From Aureliella sp. (lineage in GTDB: Bacteria > Planctomycetota > Planctomycetia > Pirellulales > Pirellulaceae), in assembly GCA_963691875.1 (NCBI GenBank), contig OY829846.1, positions 1,664,001-1,728,000 of the forward strand: a stretch of 64,000 nt of DNA. Direction: 5' to 3'. Each line of letters starts with the position of its first letter. The first letter of the stretch is position 1. Positions 40,932-50,861 of this stretch are shown piece by piece. The notes under the pieces were generated by a model, which had not been told where the DNA came from, did not search any database, and saw only the letters and a list, made by a program, of their open reading frames with translations. The translations under genes were made by a program, and so were the position numbers.

Positions 40932-41076
40932 GCGTTAAATAGCGATTCTTAGACTGAGTCTTTCGCATTCTGGCGAGAGACCTCCGCCGATTATTTTTTG
41001 TGCCGCGACTAAAGCAGGTGCGTAATGATGGTCGGTGTATCAAATCAAAACTCACTCATATTCTGACGTCATTCCA

Positions 41077-41838
41077 ATGCCAAAAATAGTTACTCGCCGC
41101 AATGGCTTAACCCTTATCGAACTTGTTGTCGTTCTAACCATCTTGGTTGCTCTCGGAGGCATCGCCGCAGCTACGCTTCCCAACATGCTCAATCGCACTC
41201 ACGTCGCGACCGTTGCAACGAGTCTGCCGACGATTGATGCCAGTATTCGTCAGAATATCTTGATCAACAGCGGTCAGATGGGTGATCGTTTTGACGGACT
41301 TGTTACTACAGGCTTGAGCGGAACTCCTGCTGCGTTCGTAAACGGCAGTGGTGCGTATGCAACTCACTCCTTAGCTGGAAACGACGTGGCAGCACTGAAC
41401 GGCCTAGGGCTCACGCAACTAGTACCAGCCGATGACACCGTTGAAAATGCAACCTTCGAAGGGCACACCGGACCAGCCGTGACCCTTGCAAACGGACTGA
41501 ACGTTTGCACTTTAGCTGGCGACCGAACGACTCAGATTCTCAGCGAAGTTTGGAATTACACGCCTGTAGCTGGCGCTCAATACATCGTGCTTGGTCTAGG
41601 AGCCCAATGCTCATTGGTTGGAGCAAACGAAGGTGCATTCTTTCCAGAGGCTCCGCTGCACGCTGTTGATGCTCACAGTGAACGAGCTGACAATTCCTAC
41701 GCTCGCGTCTTGCTTGTCGTCGAGTTGACGGGTGCTGGAACGGCTGATGCAGAAGCCCGCTACATAGGAGTCGGTGCTCCGCACCCAGATGGCGTGCAAG
41801 GCGTTTCCACTCACTTGAAAGAGTGGTACGGAGGTTGA
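41077..41838 (+). CDS. Type IV pilin/pseudopilin-like protein 1
   Basis: Class III signal RRNG|LTLIELVVVLTILVALGG. Confidence 0.88.
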   Translation: MPKIVTRRNGLTLIELVVVLTILVALGGIAAATLPNMLNRTHVATVATSLPTIDASIRQNILINSGQMGDRFDGLVTTGLSGTPAAFVNGSGAYATHSLAGNDVAALNGLGLTQLVPADDTVENATFEGHTGPAVTLANGLNVCTLAGDRTTQILSEVWNYTPVAGAQYIVLGLGAQCSLVGANEGAFFPEAPLHAVDAHSERADNSYARVLLVVELTGAGTADAEARYIGVGAPHPDGVQGVSTHLKEWYGG

Positions 41839-42049
41839 TCCGTAGTTGGGATGCTCGCCTGAAGTGCACCCCACGATCTTTTTATGATGCATCGGATGGT
41901 GGCGAAAACATCGCCGTCTGATTCTCGAAATGCAAAAGCCCGAGCTCCGCACTGCCCGGGCGCTGCATACTGACTCGATGTTCTCAAAAAAGAGCCCTTC
42001 GAGTCATCCCTTGCTGCCCTCGGAAATAACATACCTACAGGCTGATGCT

Positions 42050-42742
42050 ATGGCGGTTCGCCAACGTAAAGAGCTTCGAAAACGGAACCAAGGACTGACT
42101 TTGGTTGAACTCGTAGTCGTCCTTACGATTCTGGTTGCACTTGGTGGCCTAGTCATTCCTCGATTGATGGCCACCACAGAGGTGGCTCGAGAAACAGCAA
42201 CCCTCGCTTCGGCGGTAGAAATTCGTGATGCAGTGCTGCGTTTTTGGTCTGACTGCAAATACGCGTATCCGAGCAAAGACTTGCATCCAGACGTCAACGC
42301 AAATGATCAACGAATCCAGTTGGGACATTTGCTTGAGCTGCCCAGCACTTTCCCCGTGTTTAATCCGAATCTACGACTCGGATGGAACGGACCTTATCTC
42401 CAAAGCGATGGACGCCTCTATTCGATTGACGACGGATCAGGTTTTACGTCGGCTTATGGCGATGCATCACAGCCAGCCGTCCGAGACACTTTTGCGAATC
42501 AAGATTACGATCTCGATGGCGTCGTCGAGAGTGGCTTGCCTTTTGTCATCCAAGAACCGACGCTGAGTAACTTGGGCCTCTCGTCGTTGGTGCACGAGAT
42601 TGGCGAGCAGCGAGAGGTTCGAGTTGTATCTGCGGGACCAAACGGAATCCTGGAAATAGAGGAAAGCCGTTTCGCATCGGAACTCGAAAGCAATCCCGCT
42701 CTGAAAGGAGACGACATCTATGTCTCGTTCACACTTCGTTAA
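42050..42742 (+). CDS. Type IV pilin/pseudopilin-like protein 2 (GspG-like motifs)
   Basis: RNQG|LTLVELVVV, GWNGPYL, VVSAGPNG and GDDI. Confidence 0.88.
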   Translation: MAVRQRKELRKRNQGLTLVELVVVLTILVALGGLVIPRLMATTEVARETATLASAVEIRDAVLRFWSDCKYAYPSKDLHPDVNANDQRIQLGHLLELPSTFPVFNPNLRLGWNGPYLQSDGRLYSIDDGSGFTSAYGDASQPAVRDTFANQDYDLDGVVESGLPFVIQEPTLSNLGLSSLVHEIGEQREVRVVSAGPNGILEIEESRFASELESNPALKGDDIYVSFTLR

Positions 42743-43577
42743 GGGATTGACGCTGATCGAAATGGTGGTCGTCTTGGCAATCTTAGCCGTTTTGGCTGGC
42801 GTTGCAGTACGGTCACTCGAGCCGATTGCGGACCAGACTCGCTACGAAGTAACCCAGAAAACTTTCGAAACACTGCGAAACGCGTTGGTAGAAGATCGCC
42901 TGCAAAGTAGCGGCGTTCACCAAGTTTCTGGTTTCGTCGCTGATGTAGGTCTCTTGCCAAGTAGTGCCTTGACCGACGATTCCGAGATGAATCCTTTGGA
43001 AATGCTGATCAATGATGTTGGGATCCTTTCATCCTTTGCATTCTCCGAACGAGTCGGTCCTGCTGCGACATCGCCACCGGCAAACCCGACGAATGTGGAT
43101 TGCCGCGGCGTCGCACTGCGTTGCGGGTGGCGTGGCCCCTACGTAACCGCGACGAATCCTACGAACGCGATCGCAGATGCCTGGGGACGTCCTTTCGGTT
43201 TGGGAGAGTTTCCCATTCCCGGTAGCGACGTGCATCTCCTGTGGACCGCGGTCACACCGCAGTACAACGATCTTTCCGTAAATGTACAGACAATGGGCCT
43301 ACAAACTGTCTCTGGTCTGAGCTTGGACGATCTGGGGGCCGAGATAAGCGCGGAAGTGGTGTTGGTTTATCCGAACCCTACGATTTCGACTGACACTCTT
43401 GCGGTCATGAAGGATGCGGATGGAAACAATGACAGTCGCTTTCGATTTGACAATGTACCTGTCGGGGTTCGAGCCTTAGTATTCAAAGAACCCGGGGGTA
43501 CAGGTCAGGCGATACGTTACATCGAAGTATCGCCAATGCAGAATGCGAATCTAACTCTAACTATCACCGGATTCTAA
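42720..43577 (+). CDS. Type IV pilin/pseudopilin-like protein 3 with a C-terminal beta-sandwich
   Basis: VKG|LTLIEMVVV, GWRGPYV...DAWGRPF and FRFDNVPVG. Confidence 0.88.
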   Translation: MSRSHFVKGLTLIEMVVVLAILAVLAGVAVRSLEPIADQTRYEVTQKTFETLRNALVEDRLQSSGVHQVSGFVADVGLLPSSALTDDSEMNPLEMLINDVGILSSFAFSERVGPAATSPPANPTNVDCRGVALRCGWRGPYVTATNPTNAIADAWGRPFGLGEFPIPGSDVHLLWTAVTPQYNDLSVNVQTMGLQTVSGLSLDDLGAEISAEVVLVYPNPTISTDTLAVMKDADGNNDSRFRFDNVPVGVRALVFKEPGGTGQAIRYIEVSPMQNANLTLTITGF

Positions 43578-43647
43578 GACAAAACGGAAACGGCATGAGC
43601 TTCTAACGCTCACTAAGAATCAATAGAGCCTGCAAGCGAACAATATT

Positions 43648-45222
43648 ATGTCAAACCGACAGACGCTACTCCTGATCTCACATGGTCAACTTGCAAGGGT
43701 TGATATCCTTGCTGGGAAGTCGCCTCGCGTGAAGGACATTTGGACTCGCGAGCGCATGCCTGGCGAGTCCACCGCAACTTTAGTTGACGCCGCCATCAGG
43801 CTGGGGCCCAAGAAGACTGGCGAAGTCTGGGTCTTTTTGAATGAGTCCTGGACTGGAGTCATTCAACTTGCTGGTGACGTTGCACGTGCACTAGAGAGCG
43901 ACGAGCTGCATCAGGCGATTGCCCTGGAGGCCGAAAATTACTCTGGGATCTCTGCCTTCGACTCGCATCTAGGTATGCATGTACTTCCCAACGACGCCGA
44001 TGGAGAAGCGCGCTGGTGGGTTACGCAGGTTCCGCAAAGCGACTGGCAAGAAGTGGAGCAAGTCGTCCGACAGTTTGGTGGCAAGTTGACCGGAATAGGA
44101 CATCCCGCCTTAGCTGCTTTCCCAACGGAACAAAATGCATCTGGAACACAAGCGGACAGTCATCCCTGGAGACTCATCCAAGCTTTCGGCGAGTCGACCA
44201 TCTCTGTAGAAGGTCGTGGGAACGACATCCAAGATGTGCTGACCTTCGGAGACCTCAAGACACAACGAACCCGATCTCAATTAGTTGAATGGTGCGAAGA
44301 GGAAGGGAATAAGTCCTTAGCCTGGGTGACAGACCAGCCTTTGCCAGAACTGCTAGTTGATCCAAGATGCAAACAGATTTTACTCTATGGCGATACGAAC
44401 AGTGGAGCCGCTGCCCCAGACCAATCTTCAAGAGTTTCAATTGGAGGAGAATCCGCGCTGCGAAGCTGGGCGGAAACGATTGCTAGAACACTTCGCGTTA
44501 GCCGGAGTGCGAAGCGGCCAATACCTGTTGTTGTCGCCAAGAAGCCGCCCATGTCGAGTCAGGCAGCGACTTGGATTGCCTGCGGCTTGGGTCTGTTGGT
44601 AGCAATCGGATGCTTTGCTTTGCATTCTTCGACGAGTCAGCAAATTGCAGACCTGGACGCAAACATTGGAACTCTCAACCAGACCAAGAAGTCGCTCTCA
44701 CTGGACAAACAAGCGTTACAGAAACTGAAGAAGGACTATCAGGAGCAGCAAAAATCTTTAGCAGCTCTTAAAGAATCGTATGAGGACCTGTCGCAGAGCC
44801 TGTCTAAAGCGTCTCGAATGCGGCACTTGCAGAAGACACGCTGGTTCGAACTAGTTTCTGCAATTGCACGAGCCAACGAGGGAGACTGCTGGGTCAAAGG
44901 ACTGGAGACCCACGGAAAAGTTGTCACCGTGAAGGGACTTGCCGTCTCCAATCACGATGTATCATCCTTTGCAACCAATTTGGAAGAGTTCGCCAGTCCA
45001 CACGGTTGGCGCGTTCACCCTGCTCAAACTGGACGCAACGAAATTGCGCTAATCGAATTTGAAGTTAGCCTCGACGTGTCGGATCAAGAAATGGTCATTC
45101 CAGGCGTCAGCTCCGCAATTGCCAGCTCTACTACAGCGCATTCCTTTACTTCCACTCGAAGCAATTCCGTGGCTAACTCGCCTGACATTCCATCGGCCAA
45201 CTCGCAGGATTCCCAGCCATGA
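43648..45222 (+). CDS. GspL/PilM-PilN-like alignment protein
   Basis: Cytoplasmic domain, one TM segment, a coiled coil, and a PilN-like WVKGL...VTVKGLA...VSSFATNL segment. Confidence 0.7.
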   Translation: MSNRQTLLLISHGQLARVDILAGKSPRVKDIWTRERMPGESTATLVDAAIRLGPKKTGEVWVFLNESWTGVIQLAGDVARALESDELHQAIALEAENYSGISAFDSHLGMHVLPNDADGEARWWVTQVPQSDWQEVEQVVRQFGGKLTGIGHPALAAFPTEQNASGTQADSHPWRLIQAFGESTISVEGRGNDIQDVLTFGDLKTQRTRSQLVEWCEEEGNKSLAWVTDQPLPELLVDPRCKQILLYGDTNSGAAAPDQSSRVSIGGESALRSWAETIARTLRVSRSAKRPIPVVVAKKPPMSSQAATWIACGLGLLVAIGCFALHSSTSQQIADLDANIGTLNQTKKSLSLDKQALQKLKKDYQEQQKSLAALKESYEDLSQSLSKASRMRHLQKTRWFELVSAIARANEGDCWVKGLETHGKVVTVKGLAVSNHDVSSFATNLEEFASPHGWRVHPAQTGRNEIALIEFEVSLDVSDQEMVIPGVSSAIASSTTAHSFTSTRSNSVANSPDIPSANSQDSQP

Positions 45223-45890
45223 GCCAGAAACGACAGCAAGCACCCAGCAAGATTACGATGCTCGCGCCCATGGCGTTGGTTTTAGCGATCTACTCGTTTG
45301 CGTTTTATTCACCGCAGCAGTCAAGGTTGCGAGCGACGCAAGCCCGTTTTGAAAAGCTATTGGAAGGCCAACACGATACGGAACATCAAGTCTCGGCGAC
45401 ATGGCAGGAATCGTCACGGCTGCGTGGTGAACTTCGCGAAATAAAAGCGGAAGTAGAACAGCTTGCAGCTTCGAATGACCGCCTGCAGAGTGATCGACGC
45501 CAATTGCGGCAGCAGCTGGAATTGCCCATTCGGCCAGCAGCAACCATGCAGCGGCTTACGAGCTTGATGGAGAGTCATCGCATGCTGGTATTGGAAAGCC
45601 AGCCAGAAGCAGGGTCGTCTCATCAAGTAAACGAAGTCGTCCGACCTGTCATCGACTTACTGGCGGATCGCAAAGCGAGCTCTAAGCTCGTTTCCAGTGC
45701 CTCTGACGGCCGCGAGATCTATGAGGTCAAGATTCGCGGGCGTTTTCAGGATCTACAGTCTGCTCTCAAAAGTCTCTCAGTGGACCTGGAACATGTAGTG
45801 CCTTTGTCGCTACAGATGGAATCGCTGGAACTAAGTTCTTCGCAAGCGCATCAATCGCAACGTATTTGGACGCTGAAAATACTCGTCTAG
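45219..45890 (+). CDS. GspM/PilO-like protein
   Basis: N-terminal TM segment, coiled coil, EVKIRGRFQDLQSAL, and operon position. Confidence 0.65.
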   Translation: MSQKRQQAPSKITMLAPMALVLAIYSFAFYSPQQSRLRATQARFEKLLEGQHDTEHQVSATWQESSRLRGELREIKAEVEQLAASNDRLQSDRRQLRQQLELPIRPAATMQRLTSLMESHRMLVLESQPEAGSSHQVNEVVRPVIDLLADRKASSKLVSSASDGREIYEVKIRGRFQDLQSALKSLSVDLEHVVPLSLQMESLELSSSQAHQSQRIWTLKILV

Positions 45891-45932
45891 TGCCGACGAA
45901 GCTTAAGTTGAAACAGTTTGATGAGCTGAACG

Positions 45933-47195
45933 ATGTTAGATCCTCGAACCAGCCTCGCGGCAAAACTTGATGCTGAGGCTAGCGAAACGCTTGTTGAATC
46001 CGGCTGTGAGCAGAATTTGCACTCGGATGGGAAAGTTCCGGTTGCGCTGAATTCGCAGCCTGCACAAGAATTTTTGTCTGACTTACTGCGAACCTGTGTA
46101 GCCGAGGGGGCAAGCGATCTCCATCTCAGCAGTGGGCAACCGCCGTTCTTTCGTGCTCAGGGCAAACTCAAGCGTGATGAATCCTGGCCTACGCTTACCG
46201 GCGATGATGTGCTAATCATCGCGGAAATTCTGGCCAAACGAGACTTGTCGACTTGGACAAAGGGAGCGATCGATGGCGCGACCAGTGTGGCTGGCGGGCG
46301 TTTTCGATTCAACATTTTTCGCAAGCAAGAGTCCACCGCCGTTGCGATCCGGCGTTTAGAGGACGAAATACGTCCACTCAGTGAACTTGGTTTGCCTGAT
46401 TCCTTATACGACTTATCTGAGCTCAAAGATGGCTTGGTGATCGTAGCGGGACCGACAGGATCGGGCAAAAGCACCACGCTTGCCACGTTGATTGATCGAA
46501 TAAATCAGCAGCAGCAAGCCCACATCATCACGATCGAAGATCCGATCGAATACGTTCATCCCCCTAAGAACTCTTTGGTGAACCAGCGACAAATCGGTGT
46601 CGACAGCGACTCCTTCAATGACGCGCTCGTTTCGTCACTTCGTCAGGATCCAGACGTCATTTTGGTGGGTGAAATTCGGGAGCTGGAAACGATCCGAACC
46701 GCGATCACCGCTGCGGAGACGGGCCACCTTGTGCTTGCGACGGTTCACGCTCCCGACTGCATGGGTGTCATCGAGAGAATCGTCAGTGTGTTTCCCAGCG
46801 ATGAACAAGCCGGTGTGCGCAGGCAACTCGCTTTGGTGCTGAAGGCTATTATTGCTCAGCACTTAATGGTCGCAGACGGTCCTGCCGTCCTCGCAGATGA
46901 AGAAGCAGGTACTCGCGATGTCGCCCGACGCATACTCTCAAGTGAGATTTTGCGAGTCAACTCAGCAGTTGCTAACTTGATCGCTTCCGGCAAGTCCGCA
47001 CAGATTCTTTCCCAAATTGAGTCGGGGGCGGCATCTGGGATGCGCACCTTGGATCAGAACCTTGCCGTGCTGGTGTACGAGGGAATGATCAGCCTGCGAA
47101 CCGCCGAGGCATACGCTCAGAATCCTACTATCGTTCAAGACAGGCTGGCTCGGCTGAAACGAGGAAGAATTCCTCAGCGAAGCGGAGGGAAATAA
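45933..47195 (+). CDS. pilT: PilT/PilU-family ATPase
   Basis: GASDLHL, RFRFNIF, AGPTGSGKSTT, IEDPIEY, LRQDPDVILVGEIR, AAETGHLV and GMRTLDQ. Confidence 0.88.
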   Translation: MLDPRTSLAAKLDAEASETLVESGCEQNLHSDGKVPVALNSQPAQEFLSDLLRTCVAEGASDLHLSSGQPPFFRAQGKLKRDESWPTLTGDDVLIIAEILAKRDLSTWTKGAIDGATSVAGGRFRFNIFRKQESTAVAIRRLEDEIRPLSELGLPDSLYDLSELKDGLVIVAGPTGSGKSTTLATLIDRINQQQQAHIITIEDPIEYVHPPKNSLVNQRQIGVDSDSFNDALVSSLRQDPDVILVGEIRELETIRTAITAAETGHLVLATVHAPDCMGVIERIVSVFPSDEQAGVRRQLALVLKAIIAQHLMVADGPAVLADEEAGTRDVARRILSSEILRVNSAVANLIASGKSAQILSQIESGAASGMRTLDQNLAVLVYEGMISLRTAEAYAQNPTIVQDRLARLKRGRIPQRSGGK

Positions 47196-48805
47196 TGTCT
47201 ACGCAGCAGCCTCACGACGCCACCTCGCCGGAAGCCGACACTTCGGTCGATTCTCGCTCAAGCGCTATCGCGGCTACACAAACGGCTTCACTTGAAGTCC
47301 AGTCTGCGGAGTCCATGGCACTGATTGAGTATCAGGAACTGGACATGAGCCGGGTACGAGTCGATCCGAAATGGGCACTCAAAATCCCAGCGTCTTTGGC
47401 ATTGCGGAAGCAGGTGATGCCCATTTGTAAGATCCGTGATCAAGTTGTCATCGCCTGCGAGGACATTGAAGACGCGGCAGCAAAGCGTCAACTGGACCGC
47501 ATCCTGGATTGTGAAATGCGGCTGATTACGGCGGAGCCTCAATCGCTTCGGGCGGCAATCAAACGCGTGTATGGCAACCTCAACGCGACTCCGAGCAAAC
47601 AGCCGCGAGTCAGTTCTACAGAAGAACAGTTTATCGAATCCGAAGATGCGGTCGCGGCTTGCGAAGAGTTGATGCAAGCTGCCGCGATGCGCGGCGCCTC
47701 AGACATTCACCTCGCACCAGACGAAACTGCCTTGGTCGTTCGAATGCGAGTTGACGGAAGATTAGAAACATACTCGCGAATTCCAAATCAACTGCAGGGG
47801 GCCGTTGTCAGCCGCCTGAAAGTTATGTCAGGGCTAGACATTGCGGAGAAGCGAGCGCCTCAAGACGGACGTTTCACTGCTCGAATCGGCCCCGAACAAA
47901 GCAAGACTGATATTCGTGTTGCCACTTTGCCGACTCGTTTCGGCGAACGCGTTACGATGCGGTTTCTCGGCGGTCAGACGACGCGTTTGAACTTGACCAA
48001 CATCGGGATGAATGATCGTGACCTTGGGATCTTCCGTCAAACGATCACTCGGCCACATGGCTTAGTTTTATTGACCGGCCCAACTGGCAGTGGAAAGAGT
48101 ACCACGCTTTACGCCGCACTCGAAGATCTTTTGCATAGTCGTGGTGGCAATGTCATTACGGTCGAGGATCCAATCGAGTACGAGATGCCGGAAGTCTCGC
48201 AGGTCGAAATCGACTCGGCGGACAAAGTGTCGTTCGCCAAGGCACTACGAAGTATCTTGCGGCATGATCCAGATGTCATCATGATTGGTGAGATCCGCGA
48301 CCTGGAAACGGCGGAGATCGCGGTGAAAGCATCTCTCACCGGTCACCTAGTTTTTAGCACTTTGCATACGAACACTGCTGCTGGTGTTGTCACCCGGCTG
48401 GCAGACATGGGCCTGAAGCCTTTTTTGATCGCTGCGACTTTGCGGCTGGCTGTCGCACAACGTCTGGTTCGACGCTTGTGCAATCAATGCCGAGTCCCGC
48501 GTGCTCTGTCAGAGGCAGAAGCGGCTATGCTTGGGCGGCCCCAGATCGCAGGTCGCAATGTCTACGAAGCGGGGCAGTGCGTTTACTGCGCCGGCCGCGG
48601 CTACCTCGGTCGCATCGCTCTGATCGAGTGTTTCGATTGTGATGAGAGTGTCGCCAAAATGATCGGCGAAGGGGCCAGTGAAGAGATGCTGGTATACAAT
48701 GCTCGGGAGAGGAGCCGAGCTTTATTGATGGATGATGCGATCGACAAGATGCTGGCGGGGGTCACCACTTACCAAGAAGTTCTTGAAGCTGTTGTGGTAT
48801 GGTGA
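47195..48805 (+). CDS. GspE/PilB-family assembly ATPase
   Basis: ASDIHL, LDIAEKRAPQDGR, TGPTGSGKSTT, LRHDPDVIMIGEIRD, TGHLVFSTLH and a CxxC...CxxC site. Confidence 0.95.
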   Translation: MSTQQPHDATSPEADTSVDSRSSAIAATQTASLEVQSAESMALIEYQELDMSRVRVDPKWALKIPASLALRKQVMPICKIRDQVVIACEDIEDAAAKRQLDRILDCEMRLITAEPQSLRAAIKRVYGNLNATPSKQPRVSSTEEQFIESEDAVAACEELMQAAAMRGASDIHLAPDETALVVRMRVDGRLETYSRIPNQLQGAVVSRLKVMSGLDIAEKRAPQDGRFTARIGPEQSKTDIRVATLPTRFGERVTMRFLGGQTTRLNLTNIGMNDRDLGIFRQTITRPHGLVLLTGPTGSGKSTTLYAALEDLLHSRGGNVITVEDPIEYEMPEVSQVEIDSADKVSFAKALRSILRHDPDVIMIGEIRDLETAEIAVKASLTGHLVFSTLHTNTAAGVVTRLADMGLKPFLIAATLRLAVAQRLVRRLCNQCRVPRALSEAEAAMLGRPQIAGRNVYEAGQCVYCAGRGYLGRIALIECFDCDESVAKMIGEGASEEMLVYNARERSRALLMDDAIDKMLAGVTTYQEVLEAVVVW

Positions 48806-50010
48806 TGCCAGAGTTTTCCTATCTCATACGCGATGCCGCAGGCAAAATGCAGCGTGGACGTGCCGAGGCAGACTCAGCGGCGGCACTACGCATTAGCCTG
48901 GAGTCCCAAGGCGAGCGACTGATCAGTGCCAAGCCTTTGGAAAAACCGGCTGGTACCATTCATCTATACAATCCACTCCATCGACTTCCACCGAGATCGG
49001 TCGTTGTGGAAATTGCGCTCGAACAACTAGCACTCATGTTGCAAAGTGGCATTGGCATTTTGCAAGCCTTGAAAACCGTTGCGGAACAAACGACATCGCG
49101 TTCCTTCAGAGCCATATGCGACCAACTGGCTGAAGATATACAGGAAGGCGATTCTGTTTCCGATGCAATGTCGAAGCACTCGTGCTTTCCCAAGCTCGTT
49201 GTGCAGCTCGCCAAAGTCGGCGAAACGACCGGTAATCTAGATGTCGTACTCCAGCGGGCCTCGCAGCAGATGGCCTCAAGGCGTGAGAACATTTCCAATG
49301 TCCGCACCGCAGTGGCCTACCCAGTATTCGTAGGACTCGCAGCCGTAGGCGTGGCCGGCTATCTGGTCGTGGTCGTAATACCGGAACTCGAGAAGTTCTT
49401 ATCGGCAACAGGACGTAAGCTTCCAGTGATCACCCAGTCCCTGATGGATCTTTCTGTTTGGATACGCTTGAATGGAATCACTACGGCAGCTGTTGGATTG
49501 TTGGCGATGGTGGCAGTGGTCGTAGCCTACAAATGGCCACCCGGGAGGGCCATGATCGATCGTTGGCTGTTGCGAGTACCAGTTCTGGGAAAAGTTTTTC
49601 GGCTGGCTGGTACGGTGACCTTTGCAAGCTCGCTCGGTGTCATGCTGCGGAGTGGCATCACTGTCTTGGAAGCACTTCGCACCGTTGAGGATTTGCACGA
49701 GAACACTTTCCTGGCCGCTCAAGTTGCCGTCGCGCGAGAAACGGTCATGGAGGGCGGAGACCTGGCAACTCCCCTAGCGGCTAATCATGCGTACATGCCG
49801 ATGCTCTCGAGCATGATCGCTGTGGGTGAAAACACCGGGCAACTGGACGAGGTGCTCGACCGGGTAACGCGATTCCACGAATCACAGCTCAAAACGGCGA
49901 TCAAGAAGTTGAGTGCTATGATTGAGCCGATGACCATCGTGGTTGTCGGTGGAATTGTCGGTTACGTTTATCTCGCGTTCTTTATGGCATTGTTTGCGGC
50001 TGGAGGTTGA
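48799..50010 (+). CDS. GspF/PilC inner-membrane platform protein
   Basis: QLALMLQSG, VGETTGNLD, AVAYP, LP.IT and VGENTGQLD...IEP. Confidence 0.93.
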   Translation: MVMPEFSYLIRDAAGKMQRGRAEADSAAALRISLESQGERLISAKPLEKPAGTIHLYNPLHRLPPRSVVVEIALEQLALMLQSGIGILQALKTVAEQTTSRSFRAICDQLAEDIQEGDSVSDAMSKHSCFPKLVVQLAKVGETTGNLDVVLQRASQQMASRRENISNVRTAVAYPVFVGLAAVGVAGYLVVVVIPELEKFLSATGRKLPVITQSLMDLSVWIRLNGITTAAVGLLAMVAVVVAYKWPPGRAMIDRWLLRVPVLGKVFRLAGTVTFASSLGVMLRSGITVLEALRTVEDLHENTFLAAQVAVARETVMEGGDLATPLAANHAYMPMLSSMIAVGENTGQLDEVLDRVTRFHESQLKTAIKKLSAMIEPMTIVVVGGIVGYVYLAFFMALFAAGG

Positions 50011-50014
50011 TTCT

Positions 50015-50701
50015 GTGAAGATCGAATTGATGCGAAGTTTGTTGTTCGTAGCTGTAATACTGGTTTACCCTGCCACGTTAGTCGCGCAGAATTCGGAGCC
50101 CACGAAAACGCAACCTCCTTCCGAAGAATCGAGTTCCCCCATAAAACCAGGGGCGTTCGAAAGCCTGCTTGTTCCCACAAAGGACAATGAAGCTTCGGAC
50201 AATTCCCAGAGGCAGTCTGGAGATCCCACCGCGCCATCGGCAAAATTGCTCGAACTAGTTCCGCCTTCAGTTCAGCCCACACTGCCTGTCCCAACAGCTT
50301 CCAAAGCGAAAGTTGTTTCTGTCACACCGCTCCCAACCATTCCCAAAATTACGCTTCGTGGCATCGTGATGAGCAAGCCGGATCGCGGCACCGCAATGCT
50401 GGACGTCGACGGAAAGATTCTAAGTCTGACGTTACTTCCACCTGAGCAACAGAAGCGAATACCGATCCCCAAGATGCAATTTGCCTCGCTCCAAGCTGCC
50501 TTGGATCAGCGTGCTACGGCGACACAGAGAATTGGTAGCCGGTCTGAATCGGATGCGGCTGATAAGACTTACGAAATGTGTTTGCAGTGCAGTTTTGTGA
50601 GCGGCGAAATCGTCTTCAACCTTGAGGCGTTTACCAAGGAAGTGATTCTGCTCCGAGCGATTCCACACGACACCATCGTGATAGTCCGTAGAGGCCGTTA
50701 G
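50015..50701 (+). CDS. Exported Pro-rich protein, possibly PilP/GspC-like
   Basis: GGAGG then GTG start, signal peptide, ITLRGIVM...AMLDVDG; last gene of the operon. Confidence 0.5.
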   Translation: MKIELMRSLLFVAVILVYPATLVAQNSEPTKTQPPSEESSSPIKPGAFESLLVPTKDNEASDNSQRQSGDPTAPSAKLLELVPPSVQPTLPVPTASKAKVVSVTPLPTIPKITLRGIVMSKPDRGTAMLDVDGKILSLTLLPPEQQKRIPIPKMQFASLQAALDQRATATQRIGSRSESDAADKTYEMCLQCSFVSGEIVFNLEAFTKEVILLRAIPHDTIVIVRRGR

Positions 50702-50861
50702 CACCTCATCCGAATCAGGCCACAATATACGGTTTTAAGGCCAACGATTGAACAAATGTTGCAGATTCCTCTACAAGTCTTCAATCCGTATAGTACCAGT
50801 GGCACATCAAATGGTGGGCGGAATAGCACATTCTTACAACAAACAGAGGTTAGATCCTCGG

